From Podarcis muralis (lineage: Eukaryota): 64,000 bases of DNA. Shown here piece after piece: positions 21,136 through 34,290 of this stretch. The stretch lies in the NCBI RefSeq assembly GCF_964188315.1, contig NC_135659.1, forward strand, positions 101,122,001-101,186,000, in the 5' to 3' direction. Position 1 is the stretch's first letter. Every line of letters begins with the position of its first letter. Both the position numbers and the translations under genes were made by a program. Under the pieces are notes generated by a model. That model saw nothing but the letters and a program-made list of their open reading frames with translations. It was not told where the DNA came from and made no database searches.

Positions 21136-22076
21136 TTAGGCTCAGGGGCGCTACTGGGAGCAGACCCTTGGGCTCGGTGGTCGGGGGGAGCAGCCTCCTA
21201 GCAGGGCTCTCCTCAGAAGTGCCAGAGACTTGAGGTTAACATTTCATTCAGCTCCGAGTGTCTGTGGGGCTCCTCCTTTGTGGAGGGAGCTTTGATGAGC
21301 AGCCCAAGACTCTGTACACAACTGCAAACCTGTGTTCTTGTCTGAGACTTTGCCGGCAACTCAGTGGCGGCTCAGGGGTGCCTGACATGACCTACAGACC
21401 CGTGAAGCCCACCCCCTCGTCTCTCTGCATTACTATTCCCCTAAGTCAGTTGGTTTTAACCCCGCCAGCATGTCTGGTTCTCCATGTCAAAGGGGACCAG
21501 GTGTGTCCCCCCAAGTCCTTTTTTCCTATCCCTCCCCCCCCCCTGATTATTGAAATGGGGCCCCCTGCACCCAGCGAGAGCAGGACTTCTCTTTCGTAAA
21601 TGTCGTCAATAAACAAGTCTTTCCTGTTTGTCGTTTCTCAACATCAGCCTTTAAATACCAGTCAAAATCTCATTAGGAAACAGGGCAGGGCTTCTCTGCT
21701 GTCTCTGCCAGGCAGCTGGTACCGGGCTCAGTGGAAGCGCCCTGTGGGCGTTGTGTCAGACTGGAAACACTGGTGACACGAGGGGAGAGGGGCAAGAGCT
21801 CCAGGAAGCAGCTGCCATTTGGGCTGTTCTGTGGAGAGCTGGGTTATCCCTTCCACTTGGTCCCAAGGAGCCTGGCTGGGTAACCCCTGTGGTGGTGTGG
21901 GAATGGGAATGAAGGGCTGCCTGGGGTCCAATCCAGACAGCGGTTTGGATCAGAGGATCTGGCCAACTACCTGCTTACAGAAGCAGAAGCACGGACATAA
22001 GCAAAGAGCCTTGCTTTTCACAAACCCTTTATGTTGGCTTTTCAAAGCAGAATTCAGCGTTTCTTCCCCCCTGCTC

Positions 22077-22873
22077 TCACTTCTCCAGCTGCGCCAGGAA
22101 CAGGGGCAGGAGGCTCCTGTGGGCGGCCCTCTTCCTCTGCTTGTCCCCCCTCTTGCAGGAAGGCCCCAGGCGCTGCATGGCAGCCCACCTCCTCCTCCTC
22201 CTCTGTGCTGCCTCCCCTTGCGCATTACCAGGCTCCAGGTTCTCCGCCACAAAGCACTGGGCAGCGTGGACCATGTCTTCCTCCCGCACGCCCGGCACGG
22301 GGACCGTGGGAATGCCAGCGATCATCATGGCCAGGGTCAGGATGCAGATGTTGGGGGGCAGGTGCAGCGGGGGCTGGGCCTCTCTGTCCTTGCCAAACTT
22401 GGCTGACATCAGGAAGACCCCGCTGGGCAAGAATCCCCACCTGGCCAGCGCAAAGTCTCCGCCGGAGCTGGCAAAGTCCTTGGGGGGCTGGCTGAGAGGA
22501 AGGGGCGGCGGCACAGAGGAGAGGAAGAGCCACCGGTCGCCCGTCTGCTCGGCAGGATATTCCCGGTCCGGTCCCTGAGGGCACAGCTTCCTGCAGCAGA
22601 GGCCTCGGTGTGGCTCCCACCTTTCTGGCGTCCCTTGCCCAGCTGTGCCCGGTGACCAGCAGGCTCCTCCACAAGGCGGCTTGGTGTCCGGATCCTGGAG
22701 CAGCTGGGGGCCGCTGAGCTGGTGCGGAGCCCCCTCCTTGGCTTGCAGCTTCCTCCTCAGGAGCCCGATGGCAGAGGAGAGCCCCCCCGAAGCCGGGGCC
22801 TCCCTTGGCATCCCAGGGTAGAGGCTCGACGGGCCACTCGGTGCCATTTCGACCTCTCTGCTGCCCGATTCTC
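22077..22873 (-). CDS. SPATA25: SPATA25 coding exon 2
   Basis: Acceptor ttttggacag, in phase with exon 1. Conserved core HLPPNICILTLAMMIAGIPTVPVPGVREEDMVHAAQCF. Syntenic position. Confidence 0.88.
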
Positions 22874-23619
22874 CTGTCCAAAATAAAGGCGTGTGTTTGG
22901 GGGGGCACCAACTGGAGTGTCTGGGGCAGAGGTGGATTGGCGGGGAGGGTGTGTGAGGAGGACAACGTGGGGGCTCTTGTTCTCAGGCTAGATTGAAGGC
23001 GGGGTGAATTGAGGGCGCTAAATTCCTCCCATGCCCTCGATACCAGTTTCCATGGCCCACACATTCACTTGCCTCCTGGTGCTGAGTAATCTCTTTCCCA
23101 AGAGGAAGATAAACTGGAGCGAGAGTTGAGCCGCAGCTGTAATTTTCATTCCATGGGTTCCCGGCTTCCCACTCCGCCCCAGAAGCAACCAGAGAGCTTA
23201 GGAGATGGTTCCGTGTGGCCCATATCGGCTGTCCGCCCCCAGGCCTGCCTCTTCCTCGGGCCTCATCCCCGTAGCGCTGGGGCCTCTTCTCTGGCCTTGT
23301 CAAAGAGGGGTTTGGCAGCGGAATGGACCACCTCAGAAGGTGCTGGACTCTTGTCCATTGGAGGTTTTCATCCCTGGCCATCTGCCAGGGATTATTGGGC
23401 TGTGATTCCTGCATTGCCGGTGGGGGTGGACCAGATGACCGTTGGGGGTCCCACTTCTGTGTGTCTAAGAAGACAGCCACCCATCTCTGGGGTGGCATGA
23501 AGAGCTCCCTCCACACACCAATTCAGTGGGTTGGGGGGGGGGAGGAAAATGTGTGTGGCCGCACAGAGGAGGGCGTTGTCTGCACAAAACGCCTCGGGGG
23601 ACGAAAGGGGAGCCGTTAC

Positions 23620-23677
23620 CTGGACTTGGAGATGGAAAGAAGCCTGCGGAAGGTTTCCCCATCCCATAATAGGACAT
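23620..23677 (-). CDS. SPATA25: SPATA25 coding exon 1 (MSYYGMGKPSAGFFPSPSP-G); total 284 aa
   Basis: ATG in acaccATG context, MSY start like human, donor gtaacg in phase 1 matching exon 2. Confidence 0.75.
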
Positions 23678-24104
23678 GGTGTCCGCTGAGAGCTGGCCTG
23701 TGGCTGCCTCAGTGCTGTGCCTGTCCTGAACTCTCCCCATTCTAGAACCAGCGTCACAGGGCTCGGCCCTTACCTCACACAGAGCCCCTGGGCAGCCTTG
23801 CCCCTCAGCTGCTCCAAGGAGTTGTGGCCACTTGGCTCAATGGGGGGGAGGAGTCTGGTGATGTCGGCAGGTTGCGAAGGCTCTTCCGGCCCCCAGCATT
23901 TGCCCCCCCCCCATAAGTACATAAGGAGAGCCTCCTGGATCAGGCCCAGGGCCCATCGAGTCCAGCCTCCTGTTCTCACAGCAGCCAACCAGATGCCCAT
24001 TATGGGAATCCCAGAAGCAGGGTCCGAGCACAAGAGCGACTCTCCCCCCTTGCGATTTGCAGCAGCTGTGGGAGCGAGTTCCATAGGTTATGTGCTATCC
24101 CCAG

Positions 24105-24225
24105 ATGTGGGTCCCCAGATGTTGTTGAACTACAACTCCCATCACCCCTAGCTAGCAAGGCCAGAGCTCAGGGATGATGGGAGTTGTAGTCCAAGAACAT
24201 CTGGGGACCCACAGGTGGAGAACCA
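24105..24225. mobile_element. hAT-type palindromic MITE relic
   Basis: Same actacaactcccatc/gatgggagttgtagt palindrome as 17001-17136 and 63012-63147. Confidence 0.6.
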
Positions 24226-24531
24226 CTGCAAAAGTCCCAAACACTGCAGCCGTTCTCCACCCCCTTGATCGTTTCATTGCCATTTACGCTGCCATTTATG
24301 TACTGCAGTATCAGGGCAATAAAACTGAGCCTCCCTCGCTTGGGAGCCCTCTGCTGCATAACCAGGAGGGAAAGGGAGCTGAGGTTGCAGGAAAGGGACA
24401 CTCCCAGGACTTGTTGCTGTTCTAAGGTAGCTTTTATTGAACTGGCATGACTTCCATAAAGCCTAGTGTGCGATGCGCCCCCCCCTTTCCCCATAGCAGC
24501 AACACCTTCTGTGCCTCGGAGGTCTACATTT

Positions 24532-24780
24532 GAGAGCCAGTGTGGTGTCGTGGTTAAGAGCGGTAGTCTCGTAATCTGGGGAACCAGGTTCGCGTCTCCG
24601 CTCCTCCACATGCAGCTGCTGGGTGACCTTGGGCCAGTCACACTTCTCTGAAGTCTCTCAGCCCCACTCACCTCACAGAGTGTTTCTTGTGGGGGAGGAA
24701 GGGAAAGGAGATTGTTAGCCGCTTGGAGACTCCTTAAAGGGAGTGAAAGGCGGGATATCAAATCCAAACTCCTCTTCTTC
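24532..24780 (+). mobile_element. tRNA-derived CORE-type SINE (squamate)
   Basis: A/B-box-like head (tggtgtcgtggttaagagc...ggttcgcgtctcc), CORE-like gggtgaccttgggccagtcac, and CTT tail. Confidence 0.65.
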
Positions 24781-25493
24781 TACATAGTGCATTTCTTCCA
24801 TAAACATACTAATGTGATGTCGGGTCAGAACAACAGCGGGCTGCTGGGGAACCCACAAAAGTGGAGCCCGTGGCCCTACAAACTTCACACGCTTGCGTAG
24901 AGCTGCTCCCTCGCCTTAGCTTTACACGTGTGTAGAAGTTAAGTCACCTTCTCGGAGGGAAAGCATGCCTTTGTTCTGAGAGCTGGATCAGCGAGAAAAA
25001 TAGGGCACCTCCTCGCTTACCAAACTCGCTCAAGGCTGAATTTTTCCTGCAGAAACATTCTTGGCATGTTCCGAGTAAGCAGATTCCCCTAGTGGATCTT
25101 TTTTAAAAAATCTCTTCGCATGTAGGCTGTCTGTCAGAGCATATTCTGTAGTTCCCAGTACACCTAGAAACAGGGCAGTTGGCCGGTGCTTCCAGTTCAC
25201 TGCTACATCTTGCCGTCTGAAAATCAAATCCTCCCTTGGACTGTTCCTGCTATTTCAGGGTCCTGCTGTTGTTTGGAGGGCTGGTGGTGGTGGTCTTGCC
25301 CCTTCAGTGAGTCTCTCGCCATATACGTGGCTGCCCCAGTGGCTATGTGGGAAGTGAGTCCCCTAAGGCTGGCATTCTGGGGACAGAGCAAGGACGAAGC
25401 GCGGCTTCACTGCTCTCGGCTCGTTCTTGCGGACCCTCCGTCAAGTCTCTTGGGTGGGCGACTCGTGCAAGAGAAGAAAAAGCCTTGGTCACT

Positions 25494-25609
25494 TCACTCG
25501 TATTTGCAGAAGTTCTTCAGGGATGGAGGGAGGTCGAGCCCATCGATGTCTAGCCGGTGGGCAATGTGCTTCTGGATGGCCAGCCTGCAGAGGGTCTGCA
25601 GGGAGGGGA
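25494..25609 (-). CDS. NEURL2: NEURL2 coding exon 2 (SOCS box)
   Basis: Acceptor tttcctcccag. F-PSLQTLCRLAIQKHIAHRLDIDGLDLPPSLKNFCKYE* matches the recalled human SOCS box; in phase with exon 1. Confidence 0.92.
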
Positions 25610-26879
25610 CTGGGAGGAAAAGAAGAGAAAGAAGGGGACTTGGCTGTGAGACAACCTCAGCATGAGGATTGGGACCCGTTCCTCTTGTCTGGAGAGAGCC
25701 CCCACCCCAGCCCTAGCAAGACAAGAAACCTTCTGTAGGTAAGAGCTGTTCAACTGTGGAACGGATGACCTCAGAAGGTGATGGAGGTATTTAAAGCAGG
25801 TTGGGTAGCCATCTGTTGGGGATCCTTTAGCTGCGATTCTTGCCTTGCCAGGGGCCCAATCCAACTCTACAATTCATCATTCGATGACACTGACCAAAGA
25901 GCTCCCTCAATGCCTGAACAGCTCAAGGGACCACAGTGGCTGTTGCGAGAGCCCTTAGAAGTACTCCTAGGCTGGGGCATTAGGCAGGAGGCAGCACCCC
26001 TACAGCTCTGGAGAGACCTTCCAGCTGAGGCTCAGTGAGAGTGACATGTTTCCTCCTTGCACATGAGGAGGAAGGAGCATCATCAAGAGCCTGGCTGCCT
26101 TGCCAGCTCCCACTGAGGGCAGAGGAGCAGCTGCTGGGCCTGGGCTGCTGCAATGCCGTTGTTTGGAAAGGCAGGTAGTTCAGCCTGGCAACACATCTTA
26201 ATGAGTGTGCCCCAGTTTGCTCTCCTGGCAAGACCTCCTTCCCCTGCGAGTCTCCATCTGCAAATCCCCCAGAGCCAAGTGACCCAAGAGGGAACGGAAG
26301 CCCCCTTTTGACTGCGCCCTTGCTGGAGACCGTTCCTCTTCCTGTCTGCCTGTTTGTAATGAGCTTTCCTGCCTCGGTGGTTCGCCTGGCCTTTCGCCCA
26401 ACAGATTCACCCGGGCAGCATTTTCGGGCCTCGTTCTTGCAGCAGATTCCTGTCCTAAAGCTCTTGCTTGGGCTCCTTCAGTGCCCCGCACCCCTGGCAC
26501 TTATGGTTAAGACGGCCCTGGGCTTGTGAATGATTTTGTTAAGATGAAGGCTTAAGCCCATGGAGGGCCAGACCATGGGGTGGCACCACGCCACTTTGGC
26601 ATGGGGAACCAACTTCCCCCTTCATTCCTCACCCACTTTGCCAGCATGCACATGCCAAAGACAAGCTGCGCTCACACCTTGGGTGAAAACCTCCCTTTGG
26701 CTCCCTGTCAGAGGCAGCATCTCTCTTCACCTCCTGGTGCTTCCAGACATAACTTCCATGTTCCTAACACAACAACCGGGCTTGTTTTGCCAACGCTGCT
26801 GCCTCCCTTTCAACGCCCTAAAGGCTCCTGAAGACTGAAAAACACCAAGCGGCCTGTCACTCTGCTAATACACTAAGGT

Positions 26880-27125
26880 CTGCTGTATCAGTTGTGACAC
26901 GAAGGCTGGCAACATCAACCCCAGTGTGTGGGAATCCTTTGCAGGTGACTGCAGTGCCTGGAGGCAGACATTCACAGCAGGAAGCAGAGGAGGAACGACC
27001 GCTGCGAGAAGTGCAGAAAGGGAAAAAACACCCTGGTGCATCTGTAGCAGCACAACCGGACGCCTTCCTTTGCCCCAGCTGCAACAAAACATGTCTCTCC
27101 CATATTGGTCTCTGCAGCCACAGAA
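26880..27125 (+). mobile_element. RTE-type LINE 3' fragment
   Basis: Ends in the CCHC motif CPSCNKTCLSHIGLCSH typical of the RTE ORF C-terminus. Confidence 0.6.
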
Positions 27126-27324
27126 CCCTTCTGGTTTGGACAGGTCTCATCCAGAGGTGGGGGCCTGAACTGAGGTGGGGCATCAACCCTGCCTTGGGCT
27201 TAATGCTTCTTGCATGCCTTTCCCAGGTTACCAGGAAGCAGAGGGGGGAGGAATTTGCATGCAGGCCAAAGAGGAAATTGGCACACCTCTCCAAGGAGGT
27301 TCCTTCACAGCCTGACATCCCAGA

Positions 27325-27366
<42 letters not shown>

Positions 27367-27671
27367 CCTTTGCGGAACTAGACCCAGTTCTCAGCGTGTT
27401 TTGGTGAAACTCCTTGCCAAAGAATGCGGTGGAAGTCTTTTATAATATTTTAACTAAGATTTATATATTGTAATGTTTGAAGTATGAATTTGGAATAATT
27501 GATTATGAAAAGTATTTCCCCCCCTTCATTCTTTTTCTTGTTTCTTTCTTTTACCTTTTGTCTTTCTTCTTTTCTAGTCTGCATTTTGGAAAATTGTGTA
27601 GATGAATGTTTTACTGTATTGTTTCTATTTCTTTTTTTCTTTTCATTTTTTTGGGTAACATTTAATAACAT

Positions 27672-27716
<45 letters not shown>

Positions 27717-28844
27717 GAAGGAAGCTGCGCTGCAGCAGAACATTGTTGCTAAGAGGCATCCGATATTTAACTTGAGAAATTGATGCTCGGAAATGCATAC
27801 TCAGTTTTTTGACTGCAAAACGGATGCCCCTCCCCGTTTCAAGAAGAAATGTAACCTCCAGATATCTTCTAAAGACCACCCTAAAAGGCGGAAAGGAAAC
27901 GCTCCAAGTTACTCGGAAGTTGGTGTCCTTCACTGGAGACTTTTAAGCAGAGGTGGGGGTGGGGCTTGTTAGGTATGATTCCTGCATAGCTGGGGGTTGG
28001 TCTGGATGACCCTGAGGGATCCCTTCCAACTCTGCAGCTCTGATTCTGTGGTTCTATATTCCCTGGTTCCAGCAAATCTGTGGAGCCTCCCACTGTTCCC
28101 ACACACAACGCTGAAAGCGCCTTTTGCCTCGCATCCTCCCTGTGCGAATGTCAGGTAGAGAAGGAAAAGGTCCTTTCTGGCCAAGGAAGGTCTTGCATTG
28201 CAGGAGGATTCCCACGCATCCCAGCTCATCTTTCTTTGCAGCTTCATGGGGCACAGCTGGCAAAGCCAGGCAAGGACCTCCGCGATTTGGCATTGGGCAT
28301 GGAATGGCCAAAACCTGGAGGAAGTGGAGCTAGGCTTTCTCTGCAGCACAATGAGCCCTCGTGCCTGGCCCTCCGCAGCCTCTCTCTCTGCAGGGCTCTC
28401 TTTTTAACATGTTATTATAATCTGTTAACACCAGAAGAGCTTGCTGGATCAGGCCAGGGACCAATCTGGTCCAGCATCCCAGCCTCACAGAGGCCAGCAA
28501 AATCCAAGCCCACAAACAGGACCCGAGGGCCAAAGCGTTCTCCAATGGTTGTTCCCCATAATCTAGTGTTCAGAGATAGACTGTCCCTGGGCCTGGAGGT
28601 TCTGCTATCACAACAAGCCTCCATAGGAAGAGGGTGCTGGAACGGGCCCATGGCCCGCCTGGCCCAGCATCCAGTTCTCACAGTCACTGAGCAGAGAAAC
28701 GCTAAAACAGGATTCAGGCACAAGAACATTGTGGAGGCAGAGCCGCTGCGGCTGGTAGCCCTCAGTAGCTTTATTTTCTTCTATGAATTGGTCCAATCCT
28801 CCTTGAAAACCAATACATCTTGGAGGTCCCAGGCCACAGGGAGG

Positions 28845-29150
28845 CTAGGCTGGCCTAACCAGAGTCAGGGCTTTTTCAGCTGTGGCCCCGATCTGGTGGA
28901 ACGCTCTGCCATAAGGGACTTGACATCTTTCCGCATGGCCTTCAAGACAGAACTGTTCCACCAGAGCTTTGGCCAAGGCACAGTCTGACCCCCTCCTTCG
29001 GTAATCCTCACAGAACTCTAGCCCAATGGTGGCCATTAATTTGATTTTGAATTGATTTTAGAATGAATTGATTTTAGAATGCTGTGTTACTTCTATTGTT
29101 GTTAGCCGCCCTGAGCCCGGCTTTGGCTGGGAAGGGCGGGATATAAATAA

Positions 29151-29200
<50 letters not shown>
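28845..29200 (+). mobile_element. L2 3' tail
   Basis: Homologous to the 3' end of the L2 at 6291-7470; (TTA)n tail. Confidence 0.65.
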
Positions 29201-29843
29201 GTTGATGGCCATTGCTGCCTCCTGTGGAAGGGAGTTCCGTAGGTTAACTACTGAATGCCACCTGCAGCTAAGCCACAGCAAGCCCCGTGGAGTGGCTGCA
29301 TTCCATGGCCTCCCCGAACCTGACACCCGGCCCGCCACATTCCTCCTTGCCCGGGCGGGAGAACCACTGGCCACGAAGGCAGGCAGGCAAAGGGGCAAGG
29401 GCTTTGCCAGTGGGGCAGAGAAAACAAACCCTCCCTAAAAATAGATCCCTTGCGCACATGGGACTGAAGAGAGCGGCCAGCGCGGGATGCTTGCTAATTA
29501 TACCCCTGCTCTGTTTGCCAACAGATAATGCAGCCAGAAACACCTCCTGGGTCTCCCTTAGCCCCGGATTCAGATTACGAGAAAGGAGAGCCTGACTAAT
29601 CCTTAGGGAGGTCTTTCTGGCGGCAAGAGTTGTTGGCTTCCAGCCTTGCAGGGAGCTGGGCTAGATGACTCTTTGGAGTCCCTCTTCACCCTAGGATTCT
29701 GCGATCCTCTTTGTCAGGCTCCCTCCTGGATCCCTGCCTCTCTGGCTCCGCTCCCTCCTGGTCTCTCTGCTCCCAGGCGATTGGGCTTGACATTCAGACA
29801 GCCTGTTTCAGAGCGTTCAAGGCGCTCTGTCGTCTTCTCATAA

Positions 29844-30062
29844 TACAGTGGTACCTCGGGTTAAGAACTTAAATCGTTCTAGAGGTCTGTTCTTAACCTG
29901 ACACTGTTCTTAACCTGAGGCACCACTTTAGCTAATGGGGCCTCCCGCTGCCGCCATGCAATTTCTGTTCTCATCCTGAAGCAAAGTTCTTAACCTGAGG
30001 TACTATTTCTGGGTTAGCGGAGTCTGTAACCTGAAGCGTCTTTAACCCAAGGTACCACTCTA
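29844..30062. mobile_element. Tc1/mariner (pogo/Tigger-like) MITE
   Basis: TA-flanked CAGTGGTACCTC...GGTACCACT TIRs; an inverted sister copy lies at 39731-39944. Confidence 0.75.
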
Positions 30063-30793
30063 CTTAGACTAGCTTTGGCAATTGAATCAGTATCATTCCC
30101 CTAGTGCGGACTGAGGGAGCAGGGGCTTAGGTCTCCCAGTGACAAGAATCACACCTGGAACATCCAGAGTTATCGCTCCATCTCATTCCTGCCACTATGC
30201 TAGACCAAACTGCTGTGATTGCTGCATGGCAGGGGGTGGGAGCAGATGACCCCTTGGGACCCCTCGGGACCCCTCCCAGCTCACAATTCTAGGATTCTCC
30301 TGCCAGCCGCTCTTCAAAGTGCCTTATTTGTATGGACAGCGTTAACCCCCCCTCTCCTCCTGCCTTCTTATCCCTTTGGGGCAAGGCTCGCTTTCTCTGT
30401 CCATCGCCCCCCACCCTTCCTAAGACGACCCAGCAGCCGGCTGCCTGCTTCTGGGCTTGACCACCTCCTCTCTCCCTCTCCCCTTCACCTGAGTAGCCCA
30501 CCCAGCTGTTGCCTTGGGGCCATCAGGATCCAAACCTCCAGAAAGTCTCCCTTCTTGTGACAATGCCATCCACCAGCTCAGATCTGCCTAGGAAGCTGCG
30601 TCATGCAGTCTGCCCATTGATCTATCTAGCTTAGTACGGCCTACACTGACTGGCAGCAATGCCCCTCCAGGATTCCAGGCAGGAGTCGTCTCTCCCAGCC
30701 CCACAGCTGCCATGAGGCCGCTCCACCTTTGAGCTACGGCCCTTTGCCCCATGGTCCGGGGGCCATGCCAGTTTGAGAGCTGAGGATACCTAC

Positions 30794-31481
30794 ATCCGTA
30801 TTCCACCTGGATGAGGCGGACGCTCTTGGTGGAAGCAAAGATGTCGACCACGGCGTAAAGGGGCCGGGAGCCTGGGAGACCCCTGGCGCTGGGACCCATG
30901 TCCTCCCCGTTGATGACAATGTGCATGTCGGCTGTCCCGTCCGGCTGCGGGGCGAACAGCACCCCGATCCTGCTCCTCCGGGCCGTGGCAGGGAGCACAT
31001 TGGTCCTGTACAGGTCGTCCAGGAGGTGGCTGTAGCGGCCTGGCCTGCTGCGGCCCACCAGCTTGTCCCGAGGGATCCTGACCTTCTCAATGAGCAAGTA
31101 GGGGTCAGAGAGGAAGCCCCTCACCTGGGCGGAGGCCTCTTCCCCGGCAGCGTCCTGGGCAACCCAGTTGTGGTTGCGGGTGATGGCGAAGACCCAGCTG
31201 TCGCCCAGGTTGACCAGGTCTGGCAGGGAGTACTCGGGCACCGTCTCCAGGCTGCGAGGGTCATGGGCGGTCAGCCCCACCCGCAGGTGGCCGCACCAAC
31301 CCAGCTCCTTCTCCTCGATCTCCACCAGGAAGATCTGCCCAGGAGCCAGGGGCTCCCGGCTGAAGCAGACGCCGTTGGCGAAGCTCTCCACGCGGGTGGC
31401 CTGGGTGCCCGAAGGGTCGATGCAGACATTGGCCCCGTGGATTCGGTGGAAGCGGGTGGGCGGGTGGCCTGCAGCACTCAT
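30794..31481 (-). CDS. NEURL2: NEURL2 coding exon 1 (NHR/neuralized domain); total about 267 aa
   Basis: First ATG at 31481 (the track ORF starts at a TTG at 31571). TRFHRIHGANV, ESFANGVCFSREPL and YAVVDIFASTKSVRL match NEURL2/Ozz. Donor gtaggt, phase 1. Confidence 0.93.
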
Positions 31482-31794
31482 CCCTGGGCTTCTCGCGGGC
31501 AGGACTGAGGCTATTTTAAGGGGGCTCCGAGTCAGGGCAGCTGCTGTCGCCACGACACTTGAGGTCTCCAAATAGGGAAGGGTGTGGGCTGGCAGGAGCC
31601 GGCCAGGTCCTAATGCCCTGTGAGTTGGAAGGAAAGGGCAGCCTGGCCTGCTACAGAATGGAAGCCCTGGGCATCAGGGTGGCACAACGGAGGGCACCAT
31701 GTGCTGCTTTTGCGGGTGGGCGACGCCAGCTTGCTTCACCCAAGGTATAATTATTTGATGGACGGCAATGCCATGAGGTGTGGCAATAATAATA

Positions 31795-32770
31795 ATATTT
31801 TTTTATTTATACCCTGCCCTTCCCAGTTCAAAAACCGGGCTCAGGGCAGCTAACAACAAATTTTAAACACCTAATTGTAAAAGCAGCATAAAATACAGTA
31901 TAAAAACATGAATAACAATAAAATTCAAAGTTCAGAAATCAATTTAGTGGAAATCCATCTAATAAGTGTTAGATAATCCCCAGGGCTAGCTGGCTGAATT
32001 GGTCCTACTTGGGCCAGCGAGGAGACCAGGGGAGAATTAGCTGTGGGGTCTCAAAAAAGGGGAGGGGGAGGGAAGAGAAGGGAAATGAAAGATCAGGCTG
32101 AATTCAAATTAAAGGCCAGGCAGAATAGCTCTGTCTTACAGGCCCGAAGGAAGGTAAATCAAATTAATAAATTAAAGGAGGCAATGGGCACTAGCTTAGA
32201 TGGGGTGGAGGAGGACAGACAAATTAATGATGGTAGAGGAAGATCAACATGGAGCAGATTTTATTTATTTAATGAATTTGTTAGATTTGTATACCGCCCT
32301 TCATCCGAGGATCACAGGGGGGCTGACAGTATAAAAACACAGAAATGTGTAATATAATAACAAACAGAAACAACTGCCTACTCCCTCCTTTAAAAGCCAT
32401 AGGTGGTTTAACCAGCCTAAGGCCTGAGAAAAGAGGAATGTTTCTGCCTGGCACCTAAAGAGATGTAACGAAGGCGCCAGGCGGGACTCCCTGGGGAGAG
32501 CATTGCACAAGCAAGGAGCCACCACAGAAAAGGCCCTTTCTCATGTTTCCACCCCCTGGACCTCTCATGAAGGAGACACACAAAGAAAGGCCTTGGAGAA
32601 TTATCTCAGGGTCCAGGAAGGATCATATCCTGAGTTGTTTAAGGCTTTATAGGTCAAGAGCAGCACTTTGAATTGGGCCCGGAAACTAACTGGTAGCCAG
32701 TGCAGGATTGGTGCTTTATGCTCAGACTGGCTGCCAAATTCTACACCAGCTGAAGTTTCAGGAGCAGCTC
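31795..32770 (-). mobile_element. Two adjacent L2 3' fragments
   Basis: Reverse complements of L2 tail sequences seen at 48.6-49.1 kb and 47 kb. Confidence 0.55.
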
Positions 32771-33489
32771 CTCCTATAAATATGGAACTCCCTCTTGGAG
32801 GTGCCAGTGACGGCCACCAACCTTAAAAGAGGATTGGCTAAATTCCTGAGGAGAGGCTCTCCGTGGCTCCTGGCCAGAGGCAGCAAGGCTTTTGAATACC
32901 AACTGCAGGAAACAGCAGAAGGAGAGCAGGCTCTTGTGTTCGGACCCTGCTTGTGGGTCTCCCTTTAGGCATCTGCTTGGTCCCTGTGAGAACAGGATGT
33001 TGGGCTAGATGGGCCATTGGCCTGATCCAGAAGACTCTGCGGATGTAACAGCAGCTAGCCATGGGCAGCTATACAGAGCTTCCATGTTCAGGAGCAGTCT
33101 ATCAGCAGATCCACTTGCTTGGAAGCTACTACGGGGAGAGCTTGTTGCCTTTATGGCCGTTTGTGGGCTTCATGGAAGCACAGGCAGGACTTTGGGACTC
33201 CAAAGTCTTCTTCCTAATGCACCGTTTGGTTGTGAGGACACACAAGCAAGAGAGGCTCAGAAAAATTATTGTGCGTGAAGAGAGCTGTGATTCCTGCGCT
33301 GCCCGGGGTTGGAGTTGATGAGCCTTTGGCTCCCTTCCAGCTCTCCATGAAGTACTTTGCACTGCCCTGGAACTTGCCAGGAGCAATGAGGTTGCCTTGG
33401 GGCAGGCCGGGCAGCCAGCTGGTGACACAGCAATTGCCACATCGCCCAGAGGTGCATCCCAGGAAGTTGCTCATAAATGAACTAAACAA

Positions 33490-33997
33490 AGGATCTGTTG
33501 ATGGCATTCTACCATTGCACTGTGGAGAGTGTATTAACTTATGGTCTCTGTGTGTGGTTTGGGAGCTGCACGGTCAGGGGAAAAACAAGGCTGCCCAGGG
33601 TTGTAAAGACTGCGGAGAGAATAATTGGGTGCCCTCTTCCCACCTTGGATCAAATCTACGCTTCCAGGTGCCACAAGAAATCTGCAAAGATAGCGCAGGA
33701 TAGTGCACACCCTGGAAATGATCTCTTTCAGCTTCTGCCTTCTGGAAGAAGGTACAGGGTTATAAAGACCAGGACTAGCCGCCTGAGAAACAGTTGCTAC
33801 ACAAATGCGATTTTGGTTTTAAACGCAGTGTAAGGAGTCTCTATGGGAGTATATTGTATTTTAAAATGGGGTATCAGAGTTACCAGGTTGGGATATCTGG
33901 GATAGCAGGCTTGTTGGTTTTTGAATGTCTTATGTAGATTTTTTCAATTTTGTTGTTCTGTATGGGACAATGACAATAAAGATTATTGTATCGTATA
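33490..33997 (+). mobile_element. Rex1/Babar-type LINE 3' end
   Basis: FYHCTVESVLTYGLCVWFGSC...RVVKTAERIIG...HPGNDLFQLLPSGRRYR, the hallmark C-terminus of Rex1/Babar ORFs. Confidence 0.8.
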
Positions 33998-34029
33998 ACA
34001 GCAGCAGCCAGCAGCTGTTGCAGGACGGG

Positions 34030-34290
34030 AGAGGTATAGCAGTAACACACATTCTTCTTTGGCAATCCCTCGTAGCCGAGTAAGATTGTCTTCCTTGAAC
34101 ATGGTTTTAACAGTGAGTCCGCAGGTGACTGTGGAGGCCAATTCTGGATCCACATGTCCTTCCACAGTGAGGACATTGGTTTCCGGGCAGGAGCTGATCA
34201 CACTGTGGATTTGCCAAGCGTGCCTTCGTCCAAACACGTTTCTCCCTTGTGTCCTGAGTTCGAATGGTTTCACAAGAGTTTGGCTTGCAA
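34030..34290 (-). mobile_element. RTE-type LINE 3' end
   Basis: TQDTREKRV...CPHCGRTCGSRIGLHSHLRTHC (CCHC terminus). Confidence 0.75.

Noticed and set aside
28080-28988. 302-aa ORF in the NEURL2 intron
   Set aside because: It crosses repeat fragments (CR1-tail-like and L2 tail) and has no recognisable protein motif.
31482-31571. N-terminal extension METSSVVATAAA... of NEURL2
   Set aside because: The track ORF starts at TTG; the first ATG is at 31481 and homology begins after it.
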